Counted from the stretch's first letter, positions 32,701-46,625 are shown. The stretch: 64,000 bases of DNA from Anolis carolinensis (GCF_035594765.1 NW_026943825.1:5819802-5883801); one strand, 5' to 3'. Translations and numbers: made by a program. The notes: generated by a model not told the origin, from the letters alone.

Positions 32701-35700
32701 GCAGCTCTTCTGATGTCTCCTCTCAGCCTTCTCTTCTGCAGGCTAAACATGCCCAGCTCTTTAAACTGCTCCTCATAGGGCTTGTTCTCCAGACCCTTGA
32801 TCCTTTTAGTCACCGTCCTCTGGACACATTCCAGCTTAGAATCTATGCCTCCCTTCAATTGCGGTGCCCAGAATTGGACACAGTGCGATTCCAGTTGTGG
32901 CCTGACCAAGGCAGAACTGAGGAGTAGCATGACTTCCCTGGATCTAGGCACTAAATTCTCATTGACGCAGGCTTTGCTTTGCGTTGCTTTCTATGCCCCT
33001 GTTCAGAGGATTTCGCCTTACTTTCTGTCCCTGTGAGAATTGGATTTTGGAAAAATTGTCTTGTTGTGGAAACAAGGATTGGGCATAAAGCTTCAGTGGA
33101 GACCCCTTTTCATATTTATATCATTATTGTATTTTGATGTTTTGTATTTTGTTACTGTTTTGTACCTGATTTTGCTGTAAGCCACCCCGAATCCCCTTCG
33201 GGGGAGATGGAGGCAGGATATTATTATTATTATTATTATTATTTTCCCCATGATAATTTTTCCAGCAGTGGATTTCCATTCCTTTTGGGAGATAGATTTC
33301 TCTCACTTCCTGTTGTCTCAGTACTGTTCTTAACTATAAGTCATTTGTAACTCAGGGACACTGCCTGTATAGAAAGATAGATTGATTGGTTGATATGAAA
33401 TGTTCTATAGTATGTGATTCCTTATCTTTCTGGCTGACATTTATGATCTGCTGCAGCACTCTCTCTCTCGTTCTCTTTTTGCAGTTGGAGTTTGCCGTCC
33501 AGATGACTTGCCAGAATTGTGTGGAGGCTGTTCAGAAGACTCTGAAAGGAGTGCCGGGTGAGATAAAGAGCAGGAGCAATTCCAGGAATATGTGGTGCAC
33601 AACCTTTGGTCCTCTGGGGGTGTTTTGGACTTCAGCTCCCAGAATTTCTGCACTTTCGAGAAGCTAGCCAGGGCTTATGGGAGATGGAGTCCCAAATACT
33701 TGGGAGTACCACAGGTCTCTATCATAACCCCAATGATTAATACTACATTGTACATTTGGAGCCCCCAGTGGTGCAGTACTAAAGCGCTGAGCTGCTGAAC
33801 TTGCAGACTGAAAGGTCGAGGTTCGAATCCGGGGAGCAAAGTGAGCACCCACTGTTAGCCCCAGCTTCTGCCAACCTAGCAGTTCGAAAACATGCAGATG
33901 TGAGTAGATCAATAGGTACCACTCCGGCGGGACATTAACAGCGCTCCATACAGTCATGTTGGCCACATGACCTTGGAGGTGTCTTTGGACAGCGCCAGCT
34001 CTTCGGCTTAGAAATGGAGTTGAGCGCCAACCCCCAGTGTCGGACACGACTGGACTTAATGTCAGGGGAAAAGCTTTACCTTTACTGTACATTTTGCTCC
34101 AGGCCTCCAGCTTTTGGATGTGCAGCTGGATTCCCAGACGGTGCTGGTGGAGACCAGCCTGGGCACCGAAGAGGTCCAGAACCTTTTGGAGAAGACCGGG
34201 CGCAAAGCCGTGCTGAAAGGGATGGGAAGCACCGTGCCAGGTAAGTCCCAGCCCAGGACCCATTTTCCTCCTGGTTCATACTTCCCGCTATTTACACAGC
34301 AAGCTTTAAACTAGCTTTTTAAAATATATATTATTAATTTAACAATAAACAGATCTATGAGTACACAGTAAACAACCCATACATTATCAATATAAATATA
34401 TCATATGCGGTTGCGCAGTGTGTAAAATAAAGCGCTGAGCTGTTAAACTTGCAGACCAAAAGGTCGCAGGTTCGAATCCAGCCGCAGGTTCTACCAGCGT
34501 AGCAGTTCAAAAACATGCAAATGTGAGTAGATCAATAGGTACTGCTCCAGCAGGAAGGTAATGGCGCTCCATGCAGTCATGCCAGTGGTCACATGACCTT
34601 GGAGGTGTCTACAGACAACGCTGGCTCTTCAGCTTAGAAATCGACATGAGCACCAACCCCCAGAGTTGGACACGTCTAGACTTAATGTCAGGGGAAAGCC
34701 TTTACCTAACCCTAAAGTCCTCATTATCATTGTTATCATTAACAACAGTGTTGTGTGATTTCTGGGCTGTATAGCCGTGATCTATTTTATTTATTTATTT
34801 TATTTATTTATTTACATCACTTTTACCCCGCCTTTCTCTCCGAGGAGATTCAAAGCGGCTTACAGTAAATGGCAAAAATTCAATGCCTAAAAACAATGTA
34901 AAAACAACAATTCATATAAAACAATCTACAAAACAACAGTTCATATAAAACAGATACCATTACAAAATAAAATCACATTATATAAAATTTTAAGAATGTC
35001 CAAGATTAAAATCCATCTAGCAGCAGTTCAAATGAGGACCTTTCCAGGTCTCATCCTAAAAGGCTCTAAGCTTACTCCCACTCAGCTCTCCTCTTTTCTG
35101 CCAATTGGAATCAAAACAAATAGGCCATGAACCTCATTTCCTATGTACGGGAACCCCTGCATAAAAATATTTTAATAAGGAAAATAAAGAAGTGTCAAAT
35201 CACAGGAGATTCAGATTCATGTACTATGCGTTTTCTTCTTAACACCATTAGGCAGTGCGGCTGTGGCCATGGTGTCCGGCCCTGGCTTGATCCAGGGGGT
35301 GGTGAGGTTCTTGCAAGTCTCCCCTGAGAAATGCCTGGTGGATGGGACCGTTGATGGGTTGGAGCCGGGGTTGCACGGCTTGCACGTCCACGAGTTTGGA
35401 GACATCAGTGGCGGCTGCAACAGGTAAAGAGATGCAAGCGGGGAATGTTCTGGAGTCCCTTCGGGTTTTGCGAATTACGCCCCATTCAGGGACTTGTCTT
35501 CTATGGGATGTCCAATTTCCGCTTTGTTTCCTCGCAGCTGTGGGGACCATTTCAACCCTGATGGGGAATGCCACGGAGGACCGCAGGATGAACACCGGGT
35601 CAGTTGTGCACATTAAATGCAGACCACACTTTGCCCACTTAGAGCCTTAAATTACTTGAATGACATTAATGAGATGTAACAGCAAGGCTCTCTCTTTGCA

Positions 35701-37682
35701 GCATACTGGGGATCTGGGCAATATTGTGGCTGCGGCGGATGGAAGAGCTTCCTTCCGGATTGAAGACGGCCGACTGAAGGTACAACGCTAGCCCAGTGGA
35801 AGCTTTTAAACAGAGGCTGGATGGCCATCTGTTGGGAGGGCTTTGATTGTGCTTTTCCTGCATGAAGGCAGAACGGGGTTGCACTGGATGGCCTTTGGGG
35901 ATCCCAGCTCTCATTATTCTATGATTCTATGACATTTAGCAGGGCCCCCTGGTGGCACAGTGTGTTAAAGCGCTGAGCTGGTGAACTTGCGGACCAAAAG
36001 ATGCCAGGTTCAAATCCCGGGAGCGGAATGAGCTCCCGCTGTTAGCCCCAGCTCCTGCCAACCTAGCAGTTCGAAAACATGCAGATGTGAGTAGATCAAT
36101 AGGTACAGCTCCGGCGGGAAAGTAACAGCGCTCCATGCAGTCATGCCGGCCACATGACTTTGGAGGTGTCTACAGACAACGCCGGCTCTTCGGCTTAGAA
36201 ATGGAGATGAGCACCAACCCCCAGAGTCAGTCACGACTGGACTTAACGTCAGAGGAAAACCTTTACCTTTTATGACATTTAGCAAAGTTGCCTTCTTTCT
36301 CAGGTCCAGGATATAATTGGACGCTCCCTGGTGATCGACGCAGGGGAAGATGACTTGGGCCGTGGATGCCATCCGCTCTCAAAAGTCACGGGAAATTCGG
36401 GAGACAGGTGAGATGATTGCAGCGGGTTTTCAAGAGAAAACCTTTGGCTGCTATCGCTGGATATTTCTTCTCCTTACTGGAATACTATGGTAACCTCCTT
36501 TGGGGTGAGAAGGGTGGAATATAAATATAGTGTTCCTCCACTACTTCGCGGTTCACTTTTAGCGGGTTCGCTGTTTCGCGGTTTTTCAATAAACTCTAAA
36601 AGATTATTATAAATCATAAAAAATTAAAATTTACAGCCTAAGGAAGGGAGGAAGGAGAAGTCAAAGGGAGAGAAAAAGAGCCCAAGTGGCAACGGGAGGA
36701 AAAGGATGTGATTTATCAACACATGATTGGTTGATAATAATAATAATAATAATAAAACTTTATTTATACCCCGCCACCATCTCCCCAACGGGGACTCGGG
36801 GCGGCTTACATGGGGCCATGCCCAAAACCATACAATATAACAGAATATAAAACAACACATCAAAACACAATTTAACAATGCAATAAATAATAACATACAT
36901 TACAAACCAGAATTCAGAAAAAGCAATAAAATCCAGGGCGGGCCACATGAACACTAAGTTAAAACTCGGTGAGAAAGACATATGAATAAAACCACGGGGA
37001 GCAGGGACATAAAATAGTGAAGAAAGATATAACAGTTACTCTCCAAAGAGCCATGTTTTTAAGTCTTTCTTAAAGGCTAGCAAAGTGGGGGCCTGCCTAA
37101 TCTCAATGGGCAGTGAATTCCACAGTCGGGGGGCCACAGCAGAAAAGGCCCTCTCCCTTGTTCCCACAAGACGGGCCTGAGATACAGGCAGTGGCGACAG
37201 GAGTCTTGATAAAGACTTGAAATAGTGTATAAGTATTAAAATAATGTGTAAATATTAAAATAAATATAGCGTCCCTACTTGGCGGATTTTCACTTATTTC
37301 GGGTGGTCTTGGAACCTAACCCCAGAGATAGGTGAGGGAACACTGTACTGTAAATAAATAAATACTTTCCACTTAGGCCTTATATAGGAAACAGGGTAAA
37401 CTTTGAGGCCTTCTGCTACCCATTAGGTGTTTTACATTAGCTACATCTAGGGCAGCCCCACATGAAATGTGCTGCAGCAGTCAAGATCTGCACCTTTTCT
37501 GTTTCTCATTCTCACTTTGCTTTTGCAGAGTGGCCTGTGGGATCATTGCCCGTTCCTCAGGCCTCTTCCAAAACCCCAAGAAGATCTGCACCTGTGACGG
37601 AGTGACGCTTTGGGAGGAGCGAGAGCGACCCATGGCCCGTCTGGGGAAGAAGACTGGCAACCCACTGGCCCCACATCTCTAG
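29793..37682 (+). CDS. CCS: Copper chaperone for SOD1, 8 exons: 29793-29834, 33485-33557, 34103-34240, 35252-35423, 35538-35598, 35702-35779, 36304-36407, 37529-37682 (273 aa)
   Basis: MTCQNC metal-binding motif, SOD-like domain (HGLHVHEFGD, CGDHFNP, HTGDLGN), C-terminal CTC; all junctions GT-AG and phase-compatible. Confidence 0.95.
30035..30960. mobile_element. Penelope-like element fragments
   Basis: Recurrent gccatgttccagaagcattctctc...cctcagaggttgtgagg segment (also near 38500 and 59750); GIY-YIG C-terminal-like peptide (EIHKHMDNFNRK) on the minus strand. Confidence 0.6.
31391..31960 (+). mobile_element. Non-autonomous interspersed element, possibly Helentron-type (related copies at ~47190-47697 minus and ~57774-58680)
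   Basis: actagctgtgccc...cacgcgttgctgtggc start and ttttatatatatagat end shared across copies. Confidence 0.5.
32375..32610 (-). mobile_element. Penelope GIY-YIG endonuclease fragment
   Basis: KKIQQMLRSAKDKRDP..AGVYRIP..CGQVY with frameshifts. Confidence 0.7.
32712..32950 (-). mobile_element. CR1 LINE 3' RT fragment (related fragments at ~17070-17150 and 54075-54400)
   Basis: LVRPQLE..VQFWAP..LECVQR..ELGMFSLQKRRLRGD. Confidence 0.85.
33758..34085 (+). mobile_element. Sauria SINE
   Basis: Full-length with ACCTTT tail; short TSD tgtacattt. Confidence 0.85.
34408..34712 (+). mobile_element. Sauria SINE
   Basis: Core and tail present. Confidence 0.8.
35942..36270 (+). mobile_element. Sauria SINE with 14-bp TSD
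   Basis: TSD tatgacatttagca at 35928-35941 and 36271-36284. Confidence 0.9.
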
Positions 37683-40600
37683 GATGCCAAGCTCGGGTCT
37701 GGGTCTTATATGTTAGGATTTCCAGAAAGGGAGCGGTCACAACAGTAATTGAGAATGCAGGGGGTGATGGCTTCTGGTCCCCATAAAAGAACCTTCCCCA
37801 ACCTGGCGCTTCCATTCCGCTCATTCTCTATTTTTGCTAGTAGGAGAGTGATGGGAATTGTAGTTCAACACTCTTCTAAGGCCTTAAGTTAGGGCAGACT
37901 GCACTAAGGTTGGGAGAAAGGCACATTCCATTTGGTTTTGTATTAGGAATGAGACGCGTATCTTAGTTCGACTCCTTTGAATCCCGTCCGTATTCACTTT
38001 CCATTTTTACTTCGTGTCGGACTGAAAAAGAGCTGTGCTTTTCCAAGGAACGTTTCCGCAATGAGCCGTGTTGAATCTTGTTTATTGATGAAATCATGTT
38101 TGTAAACATCTCCAGACAAAACGCATTTTGAATTGAGCACATGTACTTTGTATACAAACTGAAAATAATTTTAACATTTCTGCTATTTGGGGCTTCTCCT
38201 TGTGATGACGTGCCTTTTCGTTAAGTCTCAGAAAGGATGTATTTCATAAATGGTAAAGAAGTTACATGGATTAATGTCTCTTCCACCCCAATTTGGAGAT
38301 AATTTGGTGCTCTTTTATACTCCAGATACTACCTTTATTAAAGTGTTATCAGGGATATAACTGCCATCACCATCAACTTGAAGCCTTCCTACAATTCTTT
38401 CCTTAAAACCATCTGCCGAATGGCATTTTATTTAGAAGCATCCTTTAATACAGATACGAATTTTAACCAATATTGGGTTGTTGTGTGTTTTCTGTGCTAT
38501 CTGGCCATGATCCAGAAGCATTCTCTCCTGACGTTTCGCCCACATCTATGGCAGGTATCCTCAGAGGTTGTGAGCTCGCAAGTGGGGTTTATATCTCCGT
38601 GAAATGTCCAGGGTGGGAGAAAGAACTCGTCTGTTAGAGGCAAGTGTGAATGTTGCCATTGGCCACCTTGATTAGCACTGAATAGTCATGTAGCTTCAAA
38701 GCCTGGCTGCTTCCTGCCTGGTGGAATTCTTTGTTGGGAGGTTGATTCCGGCCATGAAAGCCTTCGACAACACATTTAACCATTATCTTTATTCATTATA
38801 TCTGCGGTTTTCCTCCAGTTAAATATGTAAACTATTTGGCTTCTAGCAATCACATTGTATTGTCAATTTTTAAGAATTTATTCTGGCTGTATCTATGTTT
38901 CTGTAAATGGAGCCGCTGGTGGCGCAGCGGGTTAAACTGCTGAGCTTGCTGGTTGGCGGTTCAAATCCGGGGGCGGGATGAGCTCCCGCTGTTAGTTCCA
39001 GCTTCTGCCAACCTAGCAGTCCGAAAGCACGCAAATGTGAGTAGATCAATAGCTACTACTCCGGTGGGAAGGTAACGGCAGAGTCGGATAAGGCTAGACT
39101 TCATGTCAGGGGAAAACCTTTACCTTTTTATACCGTTTAAATAGCTATATGAAAACAAAACTCTGAAAATTAGAAAAATTGTAAGTGCAATGTTTCTTTC
39201 TTGCAGCTGCATAGAAAATTCACTTTGTTTCAAGGATTATTGTTCCATTGTTATTGCGGTTCAAGGAAACAGTATCTAGTCGAATTGACGTTGCCACTTT
39301 CGCTTTTGACTGTAGAACAACGCCCATTTGAGAACACTGGACCAGATATTAATTCTACGTAATTGTATTTTAATAATACGTCAAGAAAAACTCTTGTCTT
39401 GAAATGAGACTTTTAAGAAAGAGAAACGTATTTTGGAAATCGCAATGCTCGTTCAGCCATAAATCTTCGCTTATTTCATTTTGAACGAAAGAGTGAACAA
39501 TCTGTAATGCAGGTGTCCTGAGGAAGGAGGTGTGTTTAGTTTTTCACACACACACACACTTTGGACTTCAAAATATAGTTTTTACGTGTTTTTTTTTTGT
39601 TTTGTTTTTTGCACAATGGGATTGAACATTACCTCCGAATCAGGAGGTTGGATTTTGCGGATATATTTTGGCTTCCTCGGGCTGTATTGATCACTGCTGT
39701 ATGCAAATCACTCGTATTCATATACGTTGCCAAAGATGAGATCCATGTTCGACTCCCCCCAAATGGCACCCCCACAGATATTCTGGACAACTGGATCTTG
39801 TAAATCACCAAAACCACTTTTATTGATGAAAAATTAAGGATATCTAAATGTATTTCCAACTGGAAGCATACTTGTATACTGTACGATTCTACCGAAGGCT
39901 GCTCTTAAAAGTAACTTTCAAAACAAGGATAGTAAAATAGGGACTTCAGTGAACTAAAAGTTTTCTTTTCCTCACAGAAAAATAAACGAAAGAATCAGAA
40001 GCTATCGTTGGTAAACAAACCATCTTCTCAGCCCTTCCGATTTTGGTTTTAAAGGACCGAATAGGCAGCAATGCACAGAAAACTTAGAATTAAGACGGAA
40101 GGTAACTCAAAAGGCTCTGTTTCTCTTCGATAGCGACATATCACTAGTTTACATAGGCAATTACTCAGGAAAGGAGCTAGAAAGCCTAGATGCCATGACA
40201 CTTGTGGCAAAAGGGGGTAAAGAAATGCAGTGGCTCAAAAGAACACGCTGAAAGCATCAAAGAGCGTTATGCAAAGCATGTCACAAAGATGACAGTCAAA
40301 AAATCAGAGAAAAAGACCAAGAATCTTCTGCAAAGACAAGTAACGAGAAAGCTGTTGCCTGTCAACCAAATGATTCAACACGGGCACTGGCGTATTGCAT
40401 ATATTTCGAGAGACCGTAATTTATCCACGTCAAATGGCAGAAGGATTGGAATAAATTCTGATGAAACAATGGAAACCTTGGAGACCAGATCAATGGGTCG
40501 CCTGAAGTCCGGATAGGACCTAGTTGAGAAAAGAGACACGAGATCATATTTTAAAAAAACATGGCAGAACTCAAACGTTTGTCACATTTTCGAACTCTGC

Positions 40601-41361
40601 CCTCCCCTCGTCGCCCAGAAACAGGCCTAGAACGGCAACCAAAGAGACACATCTTTTCTTCAACATCCCATTTACGAGAAGTGAGTTGAGCGTCAGAAGG
40701 CACAGGAAGTTTCCTGGCAGTTTTTTCTAATCCAGGGAAAACAATAGTATTTGCTGGCCTTTTAAGAAGAGTTTCAAGCCTTCCATCAGAAGCCGCAATA
40801 AAACGAGGTTCACGCCACAGTATATCCAACGTTCTATTACGTCCAATGACGACGGACACAGAGGCTTAATTCTGCCCAAAATTAAATGGTCAAATGAACT
40901 ATTATTTCACCGGGTTGAAATACGTCACGGCTGTGCTCTACAGTTGGAGATGGCTGGATATACAAGGCATCAAGTGCAGGACTCGATTTCTAGAATTTAA
41001 TTAGATCCAAGGAAGTTACATTTGTTCTTTAAGAACCACACCTTCATAGTTGGTTCAGTTGGTTATTAGCATTATTTGTAGTTCTAGTCAAGAAGGCTCA
41101 AAGGTCTAACTTCTCTGCTGTACCTGGAGATCTAGTCAACCCACGATGCCAAGGATTTTCCACTCTATAATATTCCTCAGAAACCAGTATGTCGTTATAG
41201 GTTTTAACTGACTTTCAAACCATATCTTATGTTTATTGTGTTTTAACTTTTGCTTCCGATATTTTAATATGGCTACGGTTTAATATATACTTTTATAGTT
41301 GCATTTAACCATTTTAAATACGTGCTTTTTATACATGTGTAATTATTATTTTATTATTATT

Positions 41362-41690
41362 GGGGAGCCCCCGGTGGCGCAGTGGGTTAAACCGCTGAAC
41401 TGCTGAATTTGCTGACCAAAAGGTTAGCAGTTCGAATCCAGGGAGTGAACTCTCGCTGTTAGCTTGAGCTTCTGCCAACCTAGCAGTTTGAAAATATGCA
41501 AATGTGAGTAGATCAATAGGTACCGCTCCTGCAGGAAGGTAACAGTGCTCCATACAGTCATGCCAGCCACATGACCTTGGAGGTGTCTACGGACAACGCC
41601 AGCTCTTCGGCTTAGAAATGCGGATGAGCACCAACCCCCAAAATCGAATACGATTATAGACTTAATGTCAGGGGAAAACCTTTACCTTTA
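41362..41690 (+). mobile_element. Sauria SINE
   Basis: Head ggagcccccggtggcgcag, core, ACCTTT tail. Confidence 0.85.
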
Positions 41691-42123
41691 CTTATTATTA
41701 TTCAACACAGAAATGTGCAGATGAGAAAAAGTGGAAGATGGCAGTCTGTGTTTCCCTTTGTCCCCACAAAATGCTCAGAAAGCTTCCAAAGATCAACTAT
41801 AATGTGAAAGTAATAGAAAAGCCAGCAAGAGAGCTTTCCTATCCCAAACAGCAAATACAGACTGTATTCTCACAAGTGCTTTCAAACCAATGCCACTTTA
41901 GAGCAAGAGGGGGCTACCTGATGCCTTTTAGAGGTTTTCGGCTACGACTTCCATCAATCCCAACCAACAGAATCAACGGTCAGGGGTTATGGCAGGAGAA
42001 ATATCTGTTTCCTATCCCAAATTTCACAAGAAGCCAACGACTCCTCTAAGAGCTGCAAAGTGAAGACTCCTAGCTAATCCCTCTGGAAGATCTCTAAACA
42101 GATCAGCTGCGTACCTCTGACTG

Positions 42124-44147
42124 TTAACGGAAGCTCCTATGATTTTCACGACTCCTACGTGGCGGAGAAAGACGAATGCGTTCATATGGTCGATGGCGAG
42201 GAGAACCTTCCGATCTTGCTGTATACTTCCCACTTGGTCCGTTTCCTCTTCTGTTGAAATCATTGCGGCTGCTGTGTGGTGGGGAGAGGCAAACATGCTC
42301 GTACGGAGGGCTGTAACTGTCTTCCATGTGTTTCGTCATATGCCTTTTATTTACTTCAGGCTCATCTCTGTGGAGGTCTTCGTAGCTGCTGCTCGGCGGA
42401 GAGAGGCGGACGCGCTCATACAGCGAATACCGGGAAGTGGTTTCCAACCTCCACCCAGACAGAGCTGCCCGTTGAGGAGAACGAGGCATCCTGCTGCGTG
42501 GAGACTGAGCCCTGTAACCTGAACCAAACCGATCAGGAGCAGATTGGTATGCTACATCCGCGGATGCTCTGTTACGTGTTGACAGGGAATCGGAGAACTC
42601 CTTAGAGTAGGAATCAGCCTGATTACCATAAACAGAATTGTGGCTGTCATAGGACTTGCCTCCATAGGAATGGGAATGGGCAGAGTGGGTCCGGCCACGT
42701 GAGGCCTCTGGATAGTTGTAGGGCTCTGACTCGGCCCCATTTCGGTATGCTGCCCCTTGCCCAGTTGTCGACTGGGGTCGATAGTCCTGATCAAACGCTG
42801 CAGGTGGCTGGTCTTCGTAATATGGATCTGGAAATGTGTTCCCTTCAACTCTAGGATGTTGCTCAGAATTTTGCTTACGGTCATTAAGCATATGATCTTT
42901 CACAGAGCGTTGCACAGCAATGTAGCTCCCCTTGAGTTCCATCCCATTAAGGTGTTTAATGGCCGCTCTACCATCCTCCTCATTGTCCATGTGAACGAAC
43001 GCATAGTCTGACAAAGCAGTAGACAGAAGGGTTATCAATAAGGAACACATGACATTTTATTTCAAAAACCCATTCCTACTTGGATGTGGCCTGGACATCA
43101 GCCAGCAGCACATCTGTTAGGCTGCTGGACAAGGCAGTTATGATCAGCTCAGGTTCTGCTGCAATTAATAATAATAATATTCTTTGATTATATTATTTAT
43201 TTATTTACTACATTTATATCCCGCTCTTCTCACCCCGAAGGGGACTCAGAGGGGCTTACAAATCAAATGAACATACAATATATTATTAGCATAGCACAAT
43301 ATAAGCATTAAATTACTATATTGTTCCGAATCATTATATGGTATTATTATTAGTAATATTACATTTAATATATAATATATAATTAATATTATTATATTGT
43401 ATTATTAGTAGTATAATACTGCATTACATTACAATATTATTATCAATATTATATGTATATACAAAATATTATATATTTATAAATTATTATAAATTATATA
43501 TACAGTAGAGTCTCACTTATCCAACACTCGCTTATCCAACGTTCTGGATTATCCAACACATTTTTGTAGTCAATGTTTTCAGTAGATCGTGATATTTTGG
43601 TGCTAAATTAGTAAATACAGTAATTACTACATAGCATTACTGTGTATTGAACTACCTTTTCTGTAAAATTTGTTGTATAACATGATGTTTTGGTGCTTAA
43701 TTTGTAAAATCTTAACCTAATTTGATGTTTAATAGACTTTTCCTTATTATCCAACATATTTGCTTATCCAACATTCTGCCGGCCCATTTATGTTGGATAA
43801 GTAAGACTCTACTGTATAGTGTTCCCTCACTTATTGTTGGGGTTAGGTTCCAGGACCAGCCGCAATAAGTGAAAATCCGCAAAGTAGGGACCCTATATTT
43901 ATTTTAATATTTATACATTATTTTAGTAGTTATATACTATTTTAAGTCTTTATCAAGCAATTGTGTTGAAAAATCACCTCCTTCTTCTCCCATTGCCGCT
44001 TGGGCTCCTTTTCTCTCCCTTTGGCTTCTTCCTCCCTTCCTTAGACTGTTAATTGTAATTTTTATGATTTATAATAGTCTTTTAGAGTTTATTGAAAAAC
44101 AGCGCAACATAGAATCTGTGAAAAGTGAACCGCAAAGTAGTATTAAC

Positions 44148-44193
<46 letters not shown>

Positions 44194-45589
44194 AAATAGA
44201 TTGAAACACGCATATTAAGAGCATGGGAAGTTTATGTTTCAAATAATGCAGTTATTAATATGTATTTAATAAGATAATAATTTGATATATAATGTGTGAG
44301 AGGCTGAGGAAGCCATAACTTTATAATTTTATAATTCATGGTTTAATAGAGTCTAATTAGAGTTTTAACTGATGTGGTATTTTTTATTGTTTATTAATAT
44401 GTCATTGTTTTATTGAATATATTTTGGGCAATGTAATTTGCTGACTGTTGTAAGCCACCCTGAGTCCCTCCGGGTGAGAAGGGCGGGGTAAAAATGATGT
44501 AAATAAATAGTGAGCTATATGTATATAAAATATTCCGCCCTATCTTCCCAGAGGGACTCAGGGCGGATTCTGATGGTGCTGTTTCTATGTTATTGCCTTG
44601 TTGAATTGTTTATTTATTTATTATTTATTTATTTAATACATTTATATCCCGCCCTTCTCACCCCGAAGGGGACTCAGGGCGGCTTACAAATTAAATTTAC
44701 ATACAATTGTTGTTGATTCTATTGAGATACGTTTTTTTACAGGGTAAAAGTATAGTAAATAAATAAATGTTTTGATCTAGGTTTGGTTTTAATCTTTGTT
44801 GGATCGGGCTTGTCACTATGTAAGCCGCCCCGAGCCCTTTCGGGGAGATAGAGGCGGGATATAAAAATAAAATTATTATTATAATTAAACTTCCTGACTG
44901 TGAGAGAGAGCTGTTCAGCAGTGGAACTCTCCCTCTGCCCTGGAATGTGGTGGAGGATCCTTCTATGGAAGTTTTGAAACAGAATGGGTGGCCATCTGTT
45001 TGGGGGGCTTTGAACGGGCCCTCCAGGTGTTTTGGACTCCAACTCCCAGCATTCCTCACAGCCTCAGGCCCCTTCCTTTTCCCCCTCAGCCGCTTAAGCG
45101 GCTGAGGGGGAAAAGGAAGGGGCCTGAGGCTGTGAGGAATGCTGGGAGTTGGAGTCCAAAACACCTGGAGGGAAGGCCCAAGTTTGCCCATGCCCGCCGT
45201 AAAGGGAGGGGGGATTTCACACCTTTCACGCCACTTTTCACGACGTCGCACGCGACGACGGGCCCGAAGTCCTCGAAGAGCGGGCGGATGTCTTCCGTGC
45301 CGCAGCCCTTGGGGAGGTTCCCCACGTAGATCTTGATGCCCCGGAAACGGTAAACGTAGAGCGGGAGGTGGCGGAAAAGCGTCCCGTGCAGCGCCCGCCG
45401 CGCCCGCTCGGCCGCCTCCTCGTTGCGCATGCGCACCGTGGCGGAGAATTCCCTCATGAAGACATTCAGCACGTCGTCGGGCTCCGCCGACACCCCCTCG
45501 AAGTGCCGCCGCAGCTCGGCCTGCGGGGTCATGCGGGGGATGTTCTTCACGAACAGCCGCACCGTGCGGCGTCCGTACGGCCGAGACAT
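42124..45589 (-). CDS. RBM14-like paralog B: exon 1 45589-45223 (alternative donor after 45235), exon 2 43007-42124; UTR exon from 40519
   Basis: MSRPYGRRTVRLFVKNIP...KIYVGNLP...ACDVVK joins in phase 1 to DYAFVHMDNEEDGRAAIKHLNGMELKG; YRAQS and YERVRLSPP motifs. Confidence 0.8.
43503..43814. mobile_element. Tc1/mariner-type MITE (related copies at ~52085-52968 and 60817-61123)
   Basis: TIR cagtagagtctcacttatcc with TA flanks. Confidence 0.75.
45019..45172. repeat. 154-bp perfect palindrome within a hAT-type MITE
   Basis: 77-bp arms with no spacer, centred on CTT|AAG at 45095/45096. Confidence 0.9.
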
Positions 45590-46625
45590 TTGTGCCCCGT
45601 TTTCCCTGAGGAAGGATGACGGCGAAGAGCTCTTCCCCACCGTCGTCTGCCTCTGCGCATGCGCTCTGGGCGCTCGCCTGGTTGCTGAGGGAAAGAAACG
45701 GTCACTTACCGCTGTGCGCATGCGCGTTGCTTCTACCCTCTGAGGCGGAAGGGAAGGAGACAGAATGCGCAGGCGCAGAAATCCTTGTCGCTTTGTAGAA
45801 AAGTATGCCGTTTCCTAATGGAAGAGGCCACGCATGCGCATTCCGTGAGGCAGCAGAATGAGAATGACTGCGCAGGCGCAAAAATCCCCGTTGCTTTAGA
45901 GAAAAGCATGGCGTCTTAGTGGAAAGGGACTACGCATGCGCAGAAATCCTTGTCGCTTTGTAGAAAAGCATGCCGTTTCCTAATGGAAGAAGCCACGCAT
46001 GCGCATTCCGTGAGGCAGAGGAAGGAGAATGACTGCGCAGGCGCAGAAATCCCTGTCGCGTTAGAGAAAAGCATGGCGTCTTAGTGGAAAGGGACCACGC
46101 ATGCGCAATCCGGGAAGTGGAGGAAAGAGATTGCGCGGGCGCATCAATCCCTGTTTCTTAAGGGAAAGAGACCGCGCATGCGTATTGCGTGAGGCAGAGG
46201 AAGGAGAATGAATGCGCAGGCGCAGAAATCCCTGTTGCTTTAGAGAAAAGCATGGCGTCTTAGTGGAAAGGGACCACGCATGCGCAATCCAGGAGGCGGA
46301 GGAAAGAGAGAGACTGCGCAGGCACAGCAATCCCTTTTTTTAAGGCAAAGAGACAGAGGAAGGAGGGAGAGGAAGGAGGGATCGCGCAGGCGCCGTGTCC
46401 ATTGCTCCCCTCAGTTGATCAAGTCACGCGCATGCGCAGAGCCGTCAAGCGAGGAAGCGCTCTTTTTCTCCCCCCTCAGACGCCAGGCGAGCGGTCAGAG
46501 CGCATGCGCAGAGGCAGACGGCGGGCGGGAAGAGCTCATCTTCTTCACAGAGGTCTCTCTCGTCTTCTCGCGCTTCCTCCCTTTTCTCTCGCTGTCCGCC
46601 CCTCTCAACCGGCAAAACGGGGAGG
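45590..46625. promoter_or_regulatory. Bidirectional CpG-island promoter with tandemly repeated NRF1-like motifs
   Basis: Roughly 17 GCGCATGCGC/TGCGCAGGCGCA motifs in degenerate tandem repeats between two divergent ATGs. Confidence 0.7.
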
